Shown here one piece after another: positions 6,663 to 16,167 of a stretch of DNA of 38,785 nt. Within the stretch, counting starts at the first letter, position 1. Every line of letters begins with the position of its first letter. A program made the translations under genes and the position numbers. The notes under the pieces are model-generated. The model did no database searches, was not told the DNA's origin, and saw nothing but the letters and a program-made list of their open reading frames with translations. The stretch is from IMG/VR virus record IMGVR_UViG_3300045988_184596, positions 1-38,785 of that record, one strand, 5' to 3'. This stretch comes from a virus.

Positions 6663-7532
6663 CTATAAACCTAAATACCTTTCATTGTAGTAAACCGTAC
6701 AAGCTAGGTTCGTATCTCCATTGTCTGCCGTATATCCTATGATATTCTCACCCAACTGAATCGTCATATCATTGAATGATGATGTTCTATCAACTTTTCC
6801 GATACAATTCACACCATTCTTTTTGATTGATATAGGCTCAGAAACTAAATCAATTTCTAACACATCACCATTGTGTAGCGTATCTAATACACGAATATAT
6901 TTATCTTTGTTGAATAGTTTCGGATTTGTAACATCTCCAAACGCTTCAATAACGGCTCTGCAATATGTTTCTGTGTCGCCTTGATTATCAATATAGATTT
7001 CTCTAGCGAATGTAAATGTTCCAAAGTTTACGCCTGTTTCCGGTATTTCAAAATTGAACGCTAAACCTTCACCAATTTCTGCGATATTCCTTGCGAAATC
7101 ATCAAATGAAAGCAATAAAGGTTGTGTGCATAGAATTGTAAAGTTAAGCTCTAAATCTTTGTAGATGTTAACTGTAGGCAAGCTATACGCATATAAACGA
7201 CCTCTACAATATTTCTTTTCTCTCATGTACTCAACTATCACATCAAATATATGAGAATATTGGAAGAAGCGCCGTAGCTTCTCCCTTTCTTCTCTTTTTT
7301 CTTCTAGTGAACCTTTAAAGGTAGATTTCACGCTTCTTTCTTTCGTTGGAATACGTGAACCGATTAATCTAGCACCATTTCCGAATGCATTGTCTTGGGT
7401 AGTATACGAAGGTGCTACATAATCAAATCCATCTAATCCGTCACTAGATGGTATTCTCCATCTTTTGTTGTCGATTTCAAATTCTTTGCCATCATCCCTA
7501 CGGACAATAACTCTTACTTTATTGATATCTAT
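6663..7532 (-). CDS. distal tail protein (Dit); proposed ATA start at 7530-7532
   Basis: Frame open for 67 codons upstream of the ORF-track GTG with no ATG/GTG/TTG. GGAGGTG, 7 nt, then ATA overlapping the tape-measure stop (ATAG). Confidence 0.75.
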   Translation of the reverse strand: MDINKVRVIVRRDDGKEFEIDNKRWRIPSSDGLDGFDYVAPSYTTQDNAFGNGARLIGSRIPTKERSVKSTFKGSLEEKREEREKLRRFFQYSHIFDVIVEYMREKKYCRGRLYAYSLPTVNIYKDLELNFTILCTQPLLLSFDDFARNIAEIGEGLAFNFEIPETGVNFGTFTFAREIYIDNQGDTETYCRAVIEAFGDVTNPKLFNKDKYIRVLDTLHNGDVLEIDLVSEPISIKKNGVNCIGKVDRTSSFNDMTIQLGENIIGYTADNGDTNLACTVYYNERYLGL

Positions 7533-10108
7533 TGAACTACACCTCCATATCCATATCTTGCTTGCATTCGTAACATTCTAGCGATTTCATCCGGACTTTG
7601 CGCTTTATTGTAGAAGTTGATAGTTTGTCCATTGTTATTTGTCGTTACGCTTGGCATGATTTGAGCCATATCTTTAGCTACGGCACGAATCCACGCTTTA
7701 TTTTTTTCTAAAGGTACGACTGCTTCTGCCCCATTACCTTCTAATAAACCGATTTGACCACGCTTCAATACACCACCACGTTCTAATCTTGGAATCCTTC
7801 CAATGTGCACTCCGGGAATCTTATTGATGATACCGATTGCGCCGTTAATGCCACCGATAACTCCATTTACCATTCCTTTTACACTTCCAACTAATGAACT
7901 AACTGCTCCTTCAATTCCGCCAAATACACCACCTACAAATCCTTTTAAACCGCTCCATGCATTTTGTATGCCTTGTAGGACATTTGAAATTTTATTCCCT
8001 ACATTATCCATTACGCCTTGAACTTTAGACCAAATGCCATTAAATACATCAGAAACAGTACTCTTAACATTATTGAAATATTTATTGATATTATCAATAA
8101 CACCTTGAACCTTGTCTCTTACCTTGTTCATGGAATCTTGAATCTTACTCCAAATATTGTTTATGATGTCCGAAACCGTCTTAAATAAATTGCTTACGAA
8201 TCCAATAATAGCAGTAACTACTTCGCTAACTTTGCTCCAAATATTCTGAGCAACCGTTAATATTACAGACCAAATATTCGCTACAATTGTAGCTACAATT
8301 TGAACAATAGGCATGATAAAGCCTAGTATTGTTGCAATTGCAGTTCCGACATACGTCACAACCGTATTTATGAATGAAATGATTCCACTTACCACACTTC
8401 CCACAATTTGAAGGATAGATGTTATTACAGGAATCATGCCGATAACTGTTTGAATAATCTTCTTAATAATTGCTAGAATTGGTGGTCCTACTACGCTAAG
8501 AACCTTTTGAGCTTGGTTTACTACATTTTGAATTGCACTGCCTATCTTGCTTAAAATTTCTTTTGCAATAGGTTCAAGTGCAACTTTCATTTCATCAATC
8601 GCTTTTCTGACCTCATCAAAAGCAGGAGCTAACACCTCTGAAACTTGACTTGTCAATTCTGTAATTCCACTTGTATCAATCTTGCTTAATACATTTGAAA
8701 TTACATCACCAACTTTAGCAAATCCTTGTTGAATACCTTGTATAGCTACTGTAATTAATCCGATGATACCTGCAAGAATAGGGGTAATAAGTTCGCCTAT
8801 TGGAGTAAATGAATCAAGAAATGCACGTCCTAAGCCACTTAAAGCATTCTTTAAGCCACCATTTGCAATTTCTTTAACTTTATCCATTGCACCTTCTACA
8901 TCTTTATATTTATTCCCTACTGTCGTTAAGGACTGAATGAATCCGGCGTTGAAATCTTCTCCCATTGTACCGAAAGCCGTTGCCGATTTATTCAACTTTT
9001 CTTGTTCATTTGTAGTCTTTGAAATATCTTCTACAATCGCATTTACAACATCTTTTTGAGTTGCTCTTCCTTCTTGCCAAGCCTTAAAAACATCTTGCGT
9101 CTTGGTATCAAAACTATCCAACGCTCCTTCAATAGTTCCATCAACTAATCTTGTTGTAACTTCGTTAATTGCGTCGTTCACTTTGTCAAGGTTATAAGCT
9201 CCACCGTCTAAACCATTCTGCATTAATTGGAAATATTCATCTGCCGAATATCCTGCTTGTGCGAATTTACCGGAGTATTCTGAAATGTTGTCGCCTAACT
9301 CATCCGACTTATTCAAACCATTCTGAGCACCTGTAGCCATAAGGTCAAACGCTTCTTTAGAAGTGATTCCGAACTGCTTCATTAATTGTTGAGCACCTCT
9401 AAGAGTTTCATTCTCATCCATATCGAATGTGTCTCTTAAAGTTAATAAATCCTCGGTCACGTTCTTTAGGTCAACATCACTTATGCCTTGCATTTGTTGC
9501 TTGACTCTGCCCATCATATCGGCAACATCTGAAACATCTTCACCGAAATTATTTGACCAAACATCACGAGCAATGTTTTTAAATTTGCTCATTTCATTGC
9601 TTGAAGCACCTGTTTGAGCTTGAAATTTAGCCATAGCGTCATCTAATTCAGTAGCTTGATTTACACCTGTCTTAATTGCTAATGCCATTCCACCGATAGC
9701 TCCTGCTACGGCAGTAACACCAACAACACCTCCTACGCCTAATCCTGTTAGGGTTTCAGTGATTGCAGTAGCTTCCGGACTAATATTCTGAATCTTTCCT
9801 AATAGTCCATCAAATCCACCTTGAATTGATTCTAAGGCACTGTTTCCTACTTGTTTAAATACATCAAATTTAGAACCTGTTTCTTGCGTTTCTGTTTGTG
9901 TATTCTTTTGCTCTTCGTTTAAATCTTTAAGTTTATCTTTAATCTTTGGTGGTGCTTTTGAACCATCAGAACCTAGCTTGTCGATTGCTTTTGAAGTTTC
10001 TTTGATAGCATTTGTAGCTCCACTTGTGACTTCATGAACGGATTTCAGTCCATTCTCTAGACCACTTGTATCAATCTTTGTATCAAACTTTAATGTTCCG
10101 TCTGATAT
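7529..10108 (-). CDS. tail tape measure protein; proposed ATA start at 10106-10108
   Basis: Long helical/hydrophobic protein with NIWSK repeats. Frame open for 140 codons upstream of the ORF-track ATG, beginning ISDGTLKFDTKIDTSGLENG. AAAAGGAGGTG lies upstream. Confidence 0.85.
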   Translation of the reverse strand: MSDGTLKFDTKIDTSGLENGLKSVHEVTSGATNAIKETSKAIDKLGSDGSKAPPKIKDKLKDLNEEQKNTQTETQETGSKFDVFKQVGNSALESIQGGFDGLLGKIQNISPEATAITETLTGLGVGGVVGVTAVAGAIGGMALAIKTGVNQATELDDAMAKFQAQTGASSNEMSKFKNIARDVWSNNFGEDVSDVADMMGRVKQQMQGISDVDLKNVTEDLLTLRDTFDMDENETLRGAQQLMKQFGITSKEAFDLMATGAQNGLNKSDELGDNISEYSGKFAQAGYSADEYFQLMQNGLDGGAYNLDKVNDAINEVTTRLVDGTIEGALDSFDTKTQDVFKAWQEGRATQKDVVNAIVEDISKTTNEQEKLNKSATAFGTMGEDFNAGFIQSLTTVGNKYKDVEGAMDKVKEIANGGLKNALSGLGRAFLDSFTPIGELITPILAGIIGLITVAIQGIQQGFAKVGDVISNVLSKIDTSGITELTSQVSEVLAPAFDEVRKAIDEMKVALEPIAKEILSKIGSAIQNVVNQAQKVLSVVGPPILAIIKKIIQTVIGMIPVITSILQIVGSVVSGIISFINTVVTYVGTAIATILGFIMPIVQIVATIVANIWSVILTVAQNIWSKVSEVVTAIIGFVSNLFKTVSDIINNIWSKIQDSMNKVRDKVQGVIDNINKYFNNVKSTVSDVFNGIWSKVQGVMDNVGNKISNVLQGIQNAWSGLKGFVGGVFGGIEGAVSSLVGSVKGMVNGVIGGINGAIGIINKIPGVHIGRIPRLERGGVLKRGQIGLLEGNGAEAVVPLEKNKAWIRAVAKDMAQIMPSVTTNNNGQTINFYNKAQSPDEIARMLRMQARYGYGGVVQ

Positions 10109-10128
10109 TCAATTTGCCACCTCCTTTT

Positions 10129-10692
10129 CTAAACATCAAAATATGAATCGAATTCATCTTTCATTTCTTGCTCCTCTATTGTTAACTCGATTGGGAAAGA
10201 CCACGCTTCTTTTGCTCTTTGATATGCTTTATCTTGTGTATCATTTTTTGAAGGCTTTTCATATCCTCTAACACTCTTTGCATATCCCCACAATGTAGAA
10301 TCACCAACAATATTATTTGCTAATGCTAGAAACTTATGCCAATGCATATCACATTCAGTTAAATCAATGCCGTAAAGTTGCATAAATGCCGAATAAATAT
10401 ATTCCCCATCTTGCACATAGTCTAATGTCTTAACGCCTGTAGAATCACTTCTAGGCGTACTAGAAGGGTTATATAGGAATCGTTCTAACTCTTTTAAAAT
10501 ATGCTCATCTATGATAGGTGGTTCATCTGCGAATAAATAAGAACAATCCACTTCATCAATGATATGATTATTAAATCTTTCTAGTTCTTCATAGAATCTT
10601 ATCCACAACCGAAAGTCTGTATTTAATAAAATAGGCTCGCCATCTAGCGATTGTATGCTATTTGGCAAGCCTTTTATGCGTAAATCAATCAT
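10129..10692 (-). CDS. tail assembly protein (Gp15-like by position)
   Basis: 187-aa ORF between the chaperone and the tape measure. ATGA overlap with the upstream gene. Confidence 0.5.
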   Translation of the reverse strand: MIDLRIKGLPNSIQSLDGEPILLNTDFRLWIRFYEELERFNNHIIDEVDCSYLFADEPPIIDEHILKELERFLYNPSSTPRSDSTGVKTLDYVQDGEYIYSAFMQLYGIDLTECDMHWHKFLALANNIVGDSTLWGYAKSVRGYEKPSKNDTQDKAYQRAKEAWSFPIELTIEEQEMKDEFDSYFDV

Positions 10693-11051
10693 TTCTTCGC
10701 CGAAATGCTAGAAACAGTTTTGCTTGCGTCAAGAAATTGCTTCATTCCATTTGTTCCGAATGTTGTTTTTAATTTCTTTTCTAACTGTTCAACCGTTTTC
10801 TTTGAATATTCATCATCAATCAAATTGACAATATACAATACTTCCATCAAATCAACTTGTTCAAAGTCTGCACTTCCTAACATGCTTTCAATTTGTTCAT
10901 CTGTTAATACTGTTTTCAGATAGTCGAATTTTGCTCGATATGCTTCTTCATGCGTATTGTGAAATGCATTACAAGCGTCCTCTGCTTTTAATACTTCAAT
11001 TGTTTTAGGTGGGATTTCATACTGTTTCCCTTCATACGTGATTTTATTCAT
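10689..11051 (-). CDS. tail assembly chaperone (by position)
   Basis: 120-aa acidic ORF directly after the major tail gene. GAGGTAAATC precedes the ATG. Confidence 0.5.
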   Translation of the reverse strand: MNKITYEGKQYEIPPKTIEVLKAEDACNAFHNTHEEAYRAKFDYLKTVLTDEQIESMLGSADFEQVDLMEVLYIVNLIDDEYSKKTVEQLEKKLKTTFGTNGMKQFLDASKTVSSISAKK

Positions 11052-11069
11052 GATTTACCTCTTCTTTCT

Positions 11070-11576
11070 TTATACTTCTGATGTGCCTTCTGTAAATGTT
11101 ACTGCTCCATCTGCTACCCTTGCAGTACCGACACGAATGTCGCTTGCAAAGTTAATGTTGAAGTTGATTTTTGAATCAACACCACTTAATGTGTCGAAAA
11201 TTAATTTAGCGTCAACTTCCCACGCTTTATAGCCTTTAGTTTTGTCTCCGTCAAACATAAATACAAGTAAAGCTTTTGTATTTACTTCTTCGTTGTTTGG
11301 TACGGATTTCATCATTTGTTCGTAAATGTATTCAAAATCATCTTCGCCTTTAATCATTGTTAAATCTTGCGAAATCTGAGGTGAATAACTCTTTAATGAT
11401 TCTGTTGGGTTCTTATCTGCGATAAAGTCATACGTTTCAGTTTCACTATTGAATGAAATATCTAAAGTTGTAGACTTTTTAATTCGCTTGTAACCTTCTC
11501 CCATTTGTAAGAACAATCCAATCATATACTTCTTGACTGTTTGTCCTGTAGTTACTTCAGTTCCTTGAGTTGCTAT
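11070..11576 (-). CDS. major tail protein; proposed ATA start at 11574-11576
   Basis: Position and size. Frame open for 17 codons upstream of the ATG, encoding IATQGTEVTTGQTVKKY. AAAGGAG, 8 nt, then ATA GCA overlapping the upstream TAA. Confidence 0.7.
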   Translation of the reverse strand: MATQGTEVTTGQTVKKYMIGLFLQMGEGYKRIKKSTTLDISFNSETETYDFIADKNPTESLKSYSPQISQDLTMIKGEDDFEYIYEQMMKSVPNNEEVNTKALLVFMFDGDKTKGYKAWEVDAKLIFDTLSGVDSKINFNINFASDIRVGTARVADGAVTFTEGTSEV

Positions 11577-11995
11577 TAATTAAGCTCCTTTCTGTATTTA
11601 ATTTGAATAGTCAATGCATATACTGCTTGATTATCCTCATTTGTGTATAGATATAAACCACTTGAAACGGAAACATCATCACAATGTCTGTTTCCGTCTA
11701 GTTGTGGTAATTCTCCGCTTAAATTCTTTTCGTCAATCCAATTTTCTAATTCTTCTAGAAAAACATTGTTATCTTGTCTTTCTGATTCAATTTGTGTATT
11801 CCTGCGTGCTAAAAACGTGTAGTATTCAGTACGCATTTGAGAACCATCAATGTATGTATTTACAATTGCGTTAGGTTCTTTATACAACGCATAAGAGATA
11901 GCTTGTTGCGCTAAAACATCCGTTTCAATACGTTCATCTATCTGTATATTTCCGTAGCCATATAGCCATTGAATCAACGCTTTTGATACTGTCAT
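11576..11995 (-). CDS. head-tail joining / tail terminator-like protein
   Basis: Position in the connector block. ATGA overlap. Confidence 0.45.
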   Translation of the reverse strand: MTVSKALIQWLYGYGNIQIDERIETDVLAQQAISYALYKEPNAIVNTYIDGSQMRTEYYTFLARRNTQIESERQDNNVFLEELENWIDEKNLSGELPQLDGNRHCDDVSVSSGLYLYTNEDNQAVYALTIQIKYRKELN

Positions 11996-12348
11996 TCACT
12001 ACCTCCTATCATTTTTTGCGCTTTCTTTAAGAGTGTCTCTGTTCCACCATTTCGCATAGCTTTTTTAAACCAATGGTCTGATTTACCACCAACGAAATGA
12101 GCATTCTCTTTGTTGTAATACCAACGTCTTGCATAAGGGGCGCTTGGTCCACCTTGTTTTACTAATCCACTACCAATTTGTGTTAATCGTGTAGCAGAGT
12201 TAATCAATGCTCCTGTGTCTCTAGGCGTATAGGTGGTCATAAGCCTAATGACTTCAGAATCAATCATTTGTTGAACTCGTCCACGTTCTTCAAGTCCTCT
12301 TGATTGCTTAATTTGGGGAATTGATTCAACATCAAGTTTGACTTTCAT
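11992..12348 (-). CDS. head-tail connector (minor capsid / gp10-like)
   Basis: ATG at 12346-12348 just after the upstream stop. ..TGALINSATRL..SAPYARRWYY.. Confidence 0.45.
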   Translation of the reverse strand: MKVKLDVESIPQIKQSRGLEERGRVQQMIDSEVIRLMTTYTPRDTGALINSATRLTQIGSGLVKQGGPSAPYARRWYYNKENAHFVGGKSDHWFKKAMRNGGTETLLKKAQKMIGGSE

Positions 12349-12350
12349 TC

Positions 12351-12770
12351 CTATTGACCGACAACCTCCCAATGCTTCAACATATCGACATTCGTACAAT
12401 CTGTTACGCTTTGAATCGTTGTCCATTTGTATTTCTTTTTAGCTTCATTTATTGCCTTGATGTTAGATAAATCTTCTTTGACCTCTCCAAAGAATACAAA
12501 ATCTGTTTTATCTGTATTTAATGTGAAGTGCTTTTGTTTATCATCATTTGAAAGCTTTGCATATGCGTACGGTTCAACATATCCATCACGATATAGAATG
12601 GTAATATTTGTGGATGTGGCTATGCTAAGAATATTACCATTTGCAGTTCTAACAGTAGATTGTCTCCACATACATTTATCAAGTATAGAAGCTTGAAATC
12701 TATCTTCTCTTGTCAATGTGTCATAGTAGTGATTTACAAGCGTGATTGAATCTTCAAAGAATCCTATCAT
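12351..12770 (-). CDS. head-tail connector protein
   Basis: ATGA overlap with 12767..13114. Confidence 0.45.
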   Translation of the reverse strand: MIGFFEDSITLVNHYYDTLTREDRFQASILDKCMWRQSTVRTANGNILSIATSTNITILYRDGYVEPYAYAKLSNDDKQKHFTLNTDKTDFVFFGEVKEDLSNIKAINEAKKKYKWTTIQSVTDCTNVDMLKHWEVVGQ

Positions 12771-13114
12771 AATGCAATCCATCTTTCTTTCATTAAATCT
12801 GTATCACCTAACCAAAAGGCTATGATATCCTCAAGCATGTTCCTTTTATCCGAGTGTGTAGTGTTTATAAAACTTTTGGAATATCCACCATTTGAGATAC
12901 TTGATACGCCATCAATTGAATCTTGAAAGATTACATTGTTTAATACATCGCAAATACAATCTTTTAAAGTATCTTCGTTCTGTTCGTTAATAGAATCAAC
13001 ATTCACATACTTCAATACCATTGCTTCTGCTTTGTAAGAATACTGATTGAATTGGCTTTCATCAAATTTAGGAAAATGGGAATTGTAATATTCCCAATCT
13101 AAAATGTTGTTCAT
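12767..13114 (-). CDS. head-tail connector (gp6-like by position)
   Basis: AAAGGGGGTTGTAAA then ATG. First gene after the capsid. Confidence 0.45.
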   Translation of the reverse strand: MNNILDWEYYNSHFPKFDESQFNQYSYKAEAMVLKYVNVDSINEQNEDTLKDCICDVLNNVIFQDSIDGVSSISNGGYSKSFINTTHSDKRNMLEDIIAFWLGDTDLMKERWIAL

Positions 13115-13134
13115 TTTACAACCCCCTTTTTATG

Positions 13135-13239
13135 CTATTTTTCTTTTTGAGGTTTAGCTTCCTCTTTTTTTGTTTGAGGTTTACCTTTTTTAGGCTTTTC
13201 AACTTTAGAAGGATAACCCCATCCGATTTCTTTCGCCAT
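13135..13239 (-). CDS. 34-aa lysine-rich peptide
   Basis: My translation: MAKEIGWGYPSKVEKPKKGKPQTKKEEAKPQKEK. TAATG overlap with the capsid stop. Confidence 0.3.
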   Translation of the reverse strand: MAKEIGWGYPSKVEKPKKGKPQTKKEEAKPQKEK

Positions 13240-14108
13240 TACTTAGCACTAGCAGATAAGTAAATACCTGCTACCTTATTTTGGTATACATCGACGATTC
13301 CATATTTACGATATTTTAATACATCTGAATCTGATTCAATGTTATTTCTTGCCGGAATTACATTTGAAACGGTGTGTTTATCCCATTTCATGACGGCAGG
13401 TTTATGAACAATCAAGAAGTTGATTACGTGTCCATCCTCCGCTTTTTCGTATCCGCCATCTAACTCTGTATCTTTTCCACTCAACAATTTGATTTTTGTG
13501 TAAAAACGACTTGCGGGTACAGGAACAACTTTTGCAAATCCTTGTAAAGCTTCACGAGATTTGTAAGTGTCCAACGCCTTAACGCTATTTAATAATGTTG
13601 GTGTTGAATACAAGATACGTTGTTCGCTAGGAACTTCATCCTCATCCATTTTAGTGATAGCCGTTAATAATGCGCTCAAGAACTCTTCTGCACCTGTATA
13701 ATCTTCTGAAACCTTTGTGATTCCTGTTGTTCCGGCAATCTTAGCGAATGTGTAAGCGTCTGCTTCCGGTGCAACCTTTGTACGCATTAACTCCGCTCCT
13801 GCCATGCCAAACGCAATATTCATTGATTCTGCGTTATCTTGTGTATCAACTGAGATTTTAGTTCCTCGGTCATAGTCGAATGTAGCAGTTTTCCATTCTA
13901 ACTTAACTGAGTTACCTGTATAACCACTGTTTCTATCGTAGTTTCCTAAACCTTTAACAGAAATTTGTGGATAAATGATTTCTTTTGCGTTTGCTCCTGC
14001 TCGTACCATTGTAGCGTCTGCGTTTAAATCACCTGTAACTGAAGCTAACTTATATACCTCATCCAAATTTGAGACATACGTTTTAGCTAATGCAATTTCA
14101 TTTGGTAT
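13239..14108 (-). CDS. major capsid protein; proposed ATA start at 14106-14108
   Basis: Position after the scaffold. The N-terminus IPNEIALAKTYVSNLDEVYKLAS is coded upstream of the ORF-track TTG. AAGGAGGA, 8-9 nt, then ATA. Confidence 0.8.
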   Translation of the reverse strand: MPNEIALAKTYVSNLDEVYKLASVTGDLNADATMVRAGANAKEIIYPQISVKGLGNYDRNSGYTGNSVKLEWKTATFDYDRGTKISVDTQDNAESMNIAFGMAGAELMRTKVAPEADAYTFAKIAGTTGITKVSEDYTGAEEFLSALLTAITKMDEDEVPSEQRILYSTPTLLNSVKALDTYKSREALQGFAKVVPVPASRFYTKIKLLSGKDTELDGGYEKAEDGHVINFLIVHKPAVMKWDKHTVSNVIPARNNIESDSDVLKYRKYGIVDVYQNKVAGIYLSASAK

Positions 14109-14122
14109 TAATTAAATCCTCC

Positions 14123-14707
14123 TTATTTCTTTTCTGTAGTTAAACCCATTGCTTGTCGTAACAATAAATCTTCGGCGTTTGGGTTTTCTCCTTGCCCACT
14201 GCTTCCAACGATATTTCCTGTTGCAGTAGGTCCTTTCTGTTCTTCTCCAAATAAGATTGGCTTATTCTCTTTCAAAGTTTTGAAAGCTTTGTCAATGTCA
14301 TTTGTTTGGTCTTTTGAATTTAGTAAATCATCATAGTTGAATTGTGATTTTGCTAAATCGAAATCTTTACATCCGTATTCTTTAGCTTTTGCGCTTAATA
14401 CAGAATCAAGATTCATTTTGCTAATCTGAGTTTCGTATGTAGTCTTTTGAGTATCAATATCATTCGTCAATGTATTGATTTTATTTTTTAACTCTTCTAC
14501 ATCAACCCCATCATAGCTTTTCTTGAAATTATCAAACTTTGTTTGAATTTCCTTTGCGTTGTTCTCTGCTAAAGATAGCTTTTCTTTTTGCTTGTCGAAC
14601 TCTGCAATCGTCTTGTAGTTGTCATTTACTAGCTTTGTAATCGATTCCTCTTGTTCCTTGGTTAATTCAATGTTTGATTCTTTTAAAATTTCAATAATGT
14701 TTTTCAT
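14123..14707 (-). CDS. scaffolding protein
   Basis: Highly helical, charged 194-aa protein directly upstream of the capsid gene. AGGAGGGCAAA precedes the ATG. Confidence 0.65.
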   Translation of the reverse strand: MKNIIEILKESNIELTKEQEESITKLVNDNYKTIAEFDKQKEKLSLAENNAKEIQTKFDNFKKSYDGVDVEELKNKINTLTNDIDTQKTTYETQISKMNLDSVLSAKAKEYGCKDFDLAKSQFNYDDLLNSKDQTNDIDKAFKTLKENKPILFGEEQKGPTATGNIVGSSGQGENPNAEDLLLRQAMGLTTEKK

Positions 14708-14785
14708 TTTGCCCTCCTAAAGTCTTTTATAAACCGAATCTTCTCCGGTATGGTTTTGGCTAACTATATTTTATATTGAATAATA

Positions 14786-14806
14786 GCTCACAATGTGAGC
14801 GTTTTT
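14786..14806. terminator. hairpin GCTCACAATGTGAGC plus T-run (plus-strand orientation)
   Basis: Same 15-mer as 25920-25934 but inverted. Lies 5 nt downstream of the minor capsid gene's stop. Confidence 0.35.
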
Positions 14807-15989
14807 AGCCGATTCTAAGCCTATCGTTGTGAACTCTGTCTCCCATTTCAGAACTGAAAGCTTTATACATTGCATTTGCGTGTTTTAGCTTGATTTTGGA
14901 TTCTGTACTGCTTAATCCTTGATTGTCCAATAAGATTACTTCCCTCTTTAATGCTCTGATGTTTCTTTCTAATTCTCTTTGATACTGCCTAGCTTCATAT
15001 CCTTCATATTTTTTCCCTTGGAATGTGAAAGGCTTTGTATCAATATTCTTTAACTGCTCTTTTGTGTAGGCATAAGGCATATCAACATCCCATACAGGTT
15101 GTGCAAAGTGTCTACATCCATAATCTTTTTCTTCTCCATGCGTCAACTGAAACAAGCTAGGATATAGTTTCCCTTGCGTATCATATCGCTTCCCTTGCCA
15201 CTTCTTATGAGTGGGTCTTGCGTTTGCGTGAGCGTCAAACTCAAATACAGTAACTCCCAAATCTTTAGCACATTTATTGTTAATTTCTTGTGATGATTCC
15301 TTTTCTGCGTACTGCATTTGTTGCCTTACCCACACATCCACATTTCGCTTTACGCCTGTATCATATTCAACAATCTTTACGCCACTATTTGCCAATTTAG
15401 AAATTGCTTTTCTACATGAATCATCAATTGTGCATTTACCACCTACTACATTTTTAACTTCTTCTTGAACTACCTTTGTAAAGAATACCGGTAGTTTATC
15501 TTTACCGATTGCATACGTGTTTGCGTTTGATTTGATATATTTCTTCCAACGCTTTGCAGTGTCCTTTTGTGGATTCACATACGCAATATGTTTTGCAAGG
15601 CTTCCATCCATCTTTTTTTTAGTTGATTCTTGAATTAATTCTAATGTTCCATTCTTATTTTCTTCAAAATCCTTTTTAGATTCATTGATTACATCTTTTT
15701 TTAGGCTTTTTGATTCTTTTTTCGTAAATTTACGCAAATCTACGAGTGATTTTGCCAATATCTCATTAAATTTTGCGTTTTCTTCGGTGGCTTTTTCTAA
15801 AACTTCACGAATTTTATTAGATACGAATATCATCATTCCTAATTCAAATACACTAGCACGCTTTACACTTTTTCTTTCTCTTTCTTCAAGCTTTCTTCTT
15901 TTCTCAATTTGCTTTTGTAAGCGTTCTTGTTTCCTCTGCTCTTGCCTTTTTTCACGTTTTTGTTCCCTTTGTTCTTCTTCGCTTAACAT
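14805..15989 (-). CDS. minor capsid / head morphogenesis protein (phage minor capsid protein 2 / SPP1 gp7-like)
   Basis: FDAHANARPTHKKWQGKRY and a C-terminal YEARQYQRELERNIRALKRE pattern. GGGGGTG, 7 nt, then ATG. Confidence 0.65.
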   Translation of the reverse strand: MLSEEEQREQKREKRQEQRKQERLQKQIEKRRKLEERERKSVKRASVFELGMMIFVSNKIREVLEKATEENAKFNEILAKSLVDLRKFTKKESKSLKKDVINESKKDFEENKNGTLELIQESTKKKMDGSLAKHIAYVNPQKDTAKRWKKYIKSNANTYAIGKDKLPVFFTKVVQEEVKNVVGGKCTIDDSCRKAISKLANSGVKIVEYDTGVKRNVDVWVRQQMQYAEKESSQEINNKCAKDLGVTVFEFDAHANARPTHKKWQGKRYDTQGKLYPSLFQLTHGEEKDYGCRHFAQPVWDVDMPYAYTKEQLKNIDTKPFTFQGKKYEGYEARQYQRELERNIRALKREVILLDNQGLSSTESKIKLKHANAMYKAFSSEMGDRVHNDRLRIG

Positions 15990-16007
15990 TTATATACACC
16001 CCCTATA

Positions 16008-16030
16008 GAAAAAGGGCTTAAATGCCCTTT
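16008..16030 (-). terminator. terminator closing the fibre module
   Basis: Minus strand AAAGGGC-ATTTAA-GCCCTTT followed by TTCT. Confidence 0.55.
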
Positions 16031-16046
16031 AAAACGCTTTTAATGC

Positions 16047-16166
16047 CTATTTAATTAGTTCTTTTCTCTGAGCTTCTGTAATCCAACCGATAGAAGCAAA
16101 CATTTCTAAATCGCTCTTTGTAAATAAGCCTAATTCATAATACGATTTGATTAATTCATAACTCAT
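16047..16166 (-). CDS. xkdX: XkdX-family small protein
   Basis: My translation: MSYELIKSYYELGLFTKSDLEMFASIGWITEAQRKELIK, matching the XkdX pattern (YY..G..t...l..fv..g.IT.e...e.). Confidence 0.65.
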   Translation of the reverse strand: MSYELIKSYYELGLFTKSDLEMFASIGWITEAQRKELIK

Positions 16167-16167
16167 A

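Noticed and set aside
10111-10125. A sequencing frameshift as the explanation for the start-less tape measure N-terminus (well-spaced out-of-frame TTG).
   Set aside because: The same SD-ATA arrangement recurs independently in at least eight other genes, so a single indel is not a sufficient explanation. It remains formally possible for this one gene.
10129-11051. A programmed -1 frameshift (gpG/gpGT type) between the two genes upstream of the tape measure.
   Set aside because: The two ORFs are joined by a simple ATGA stop/start overlap, with an ATG start for the second gene. I saw no slippery heptamer.
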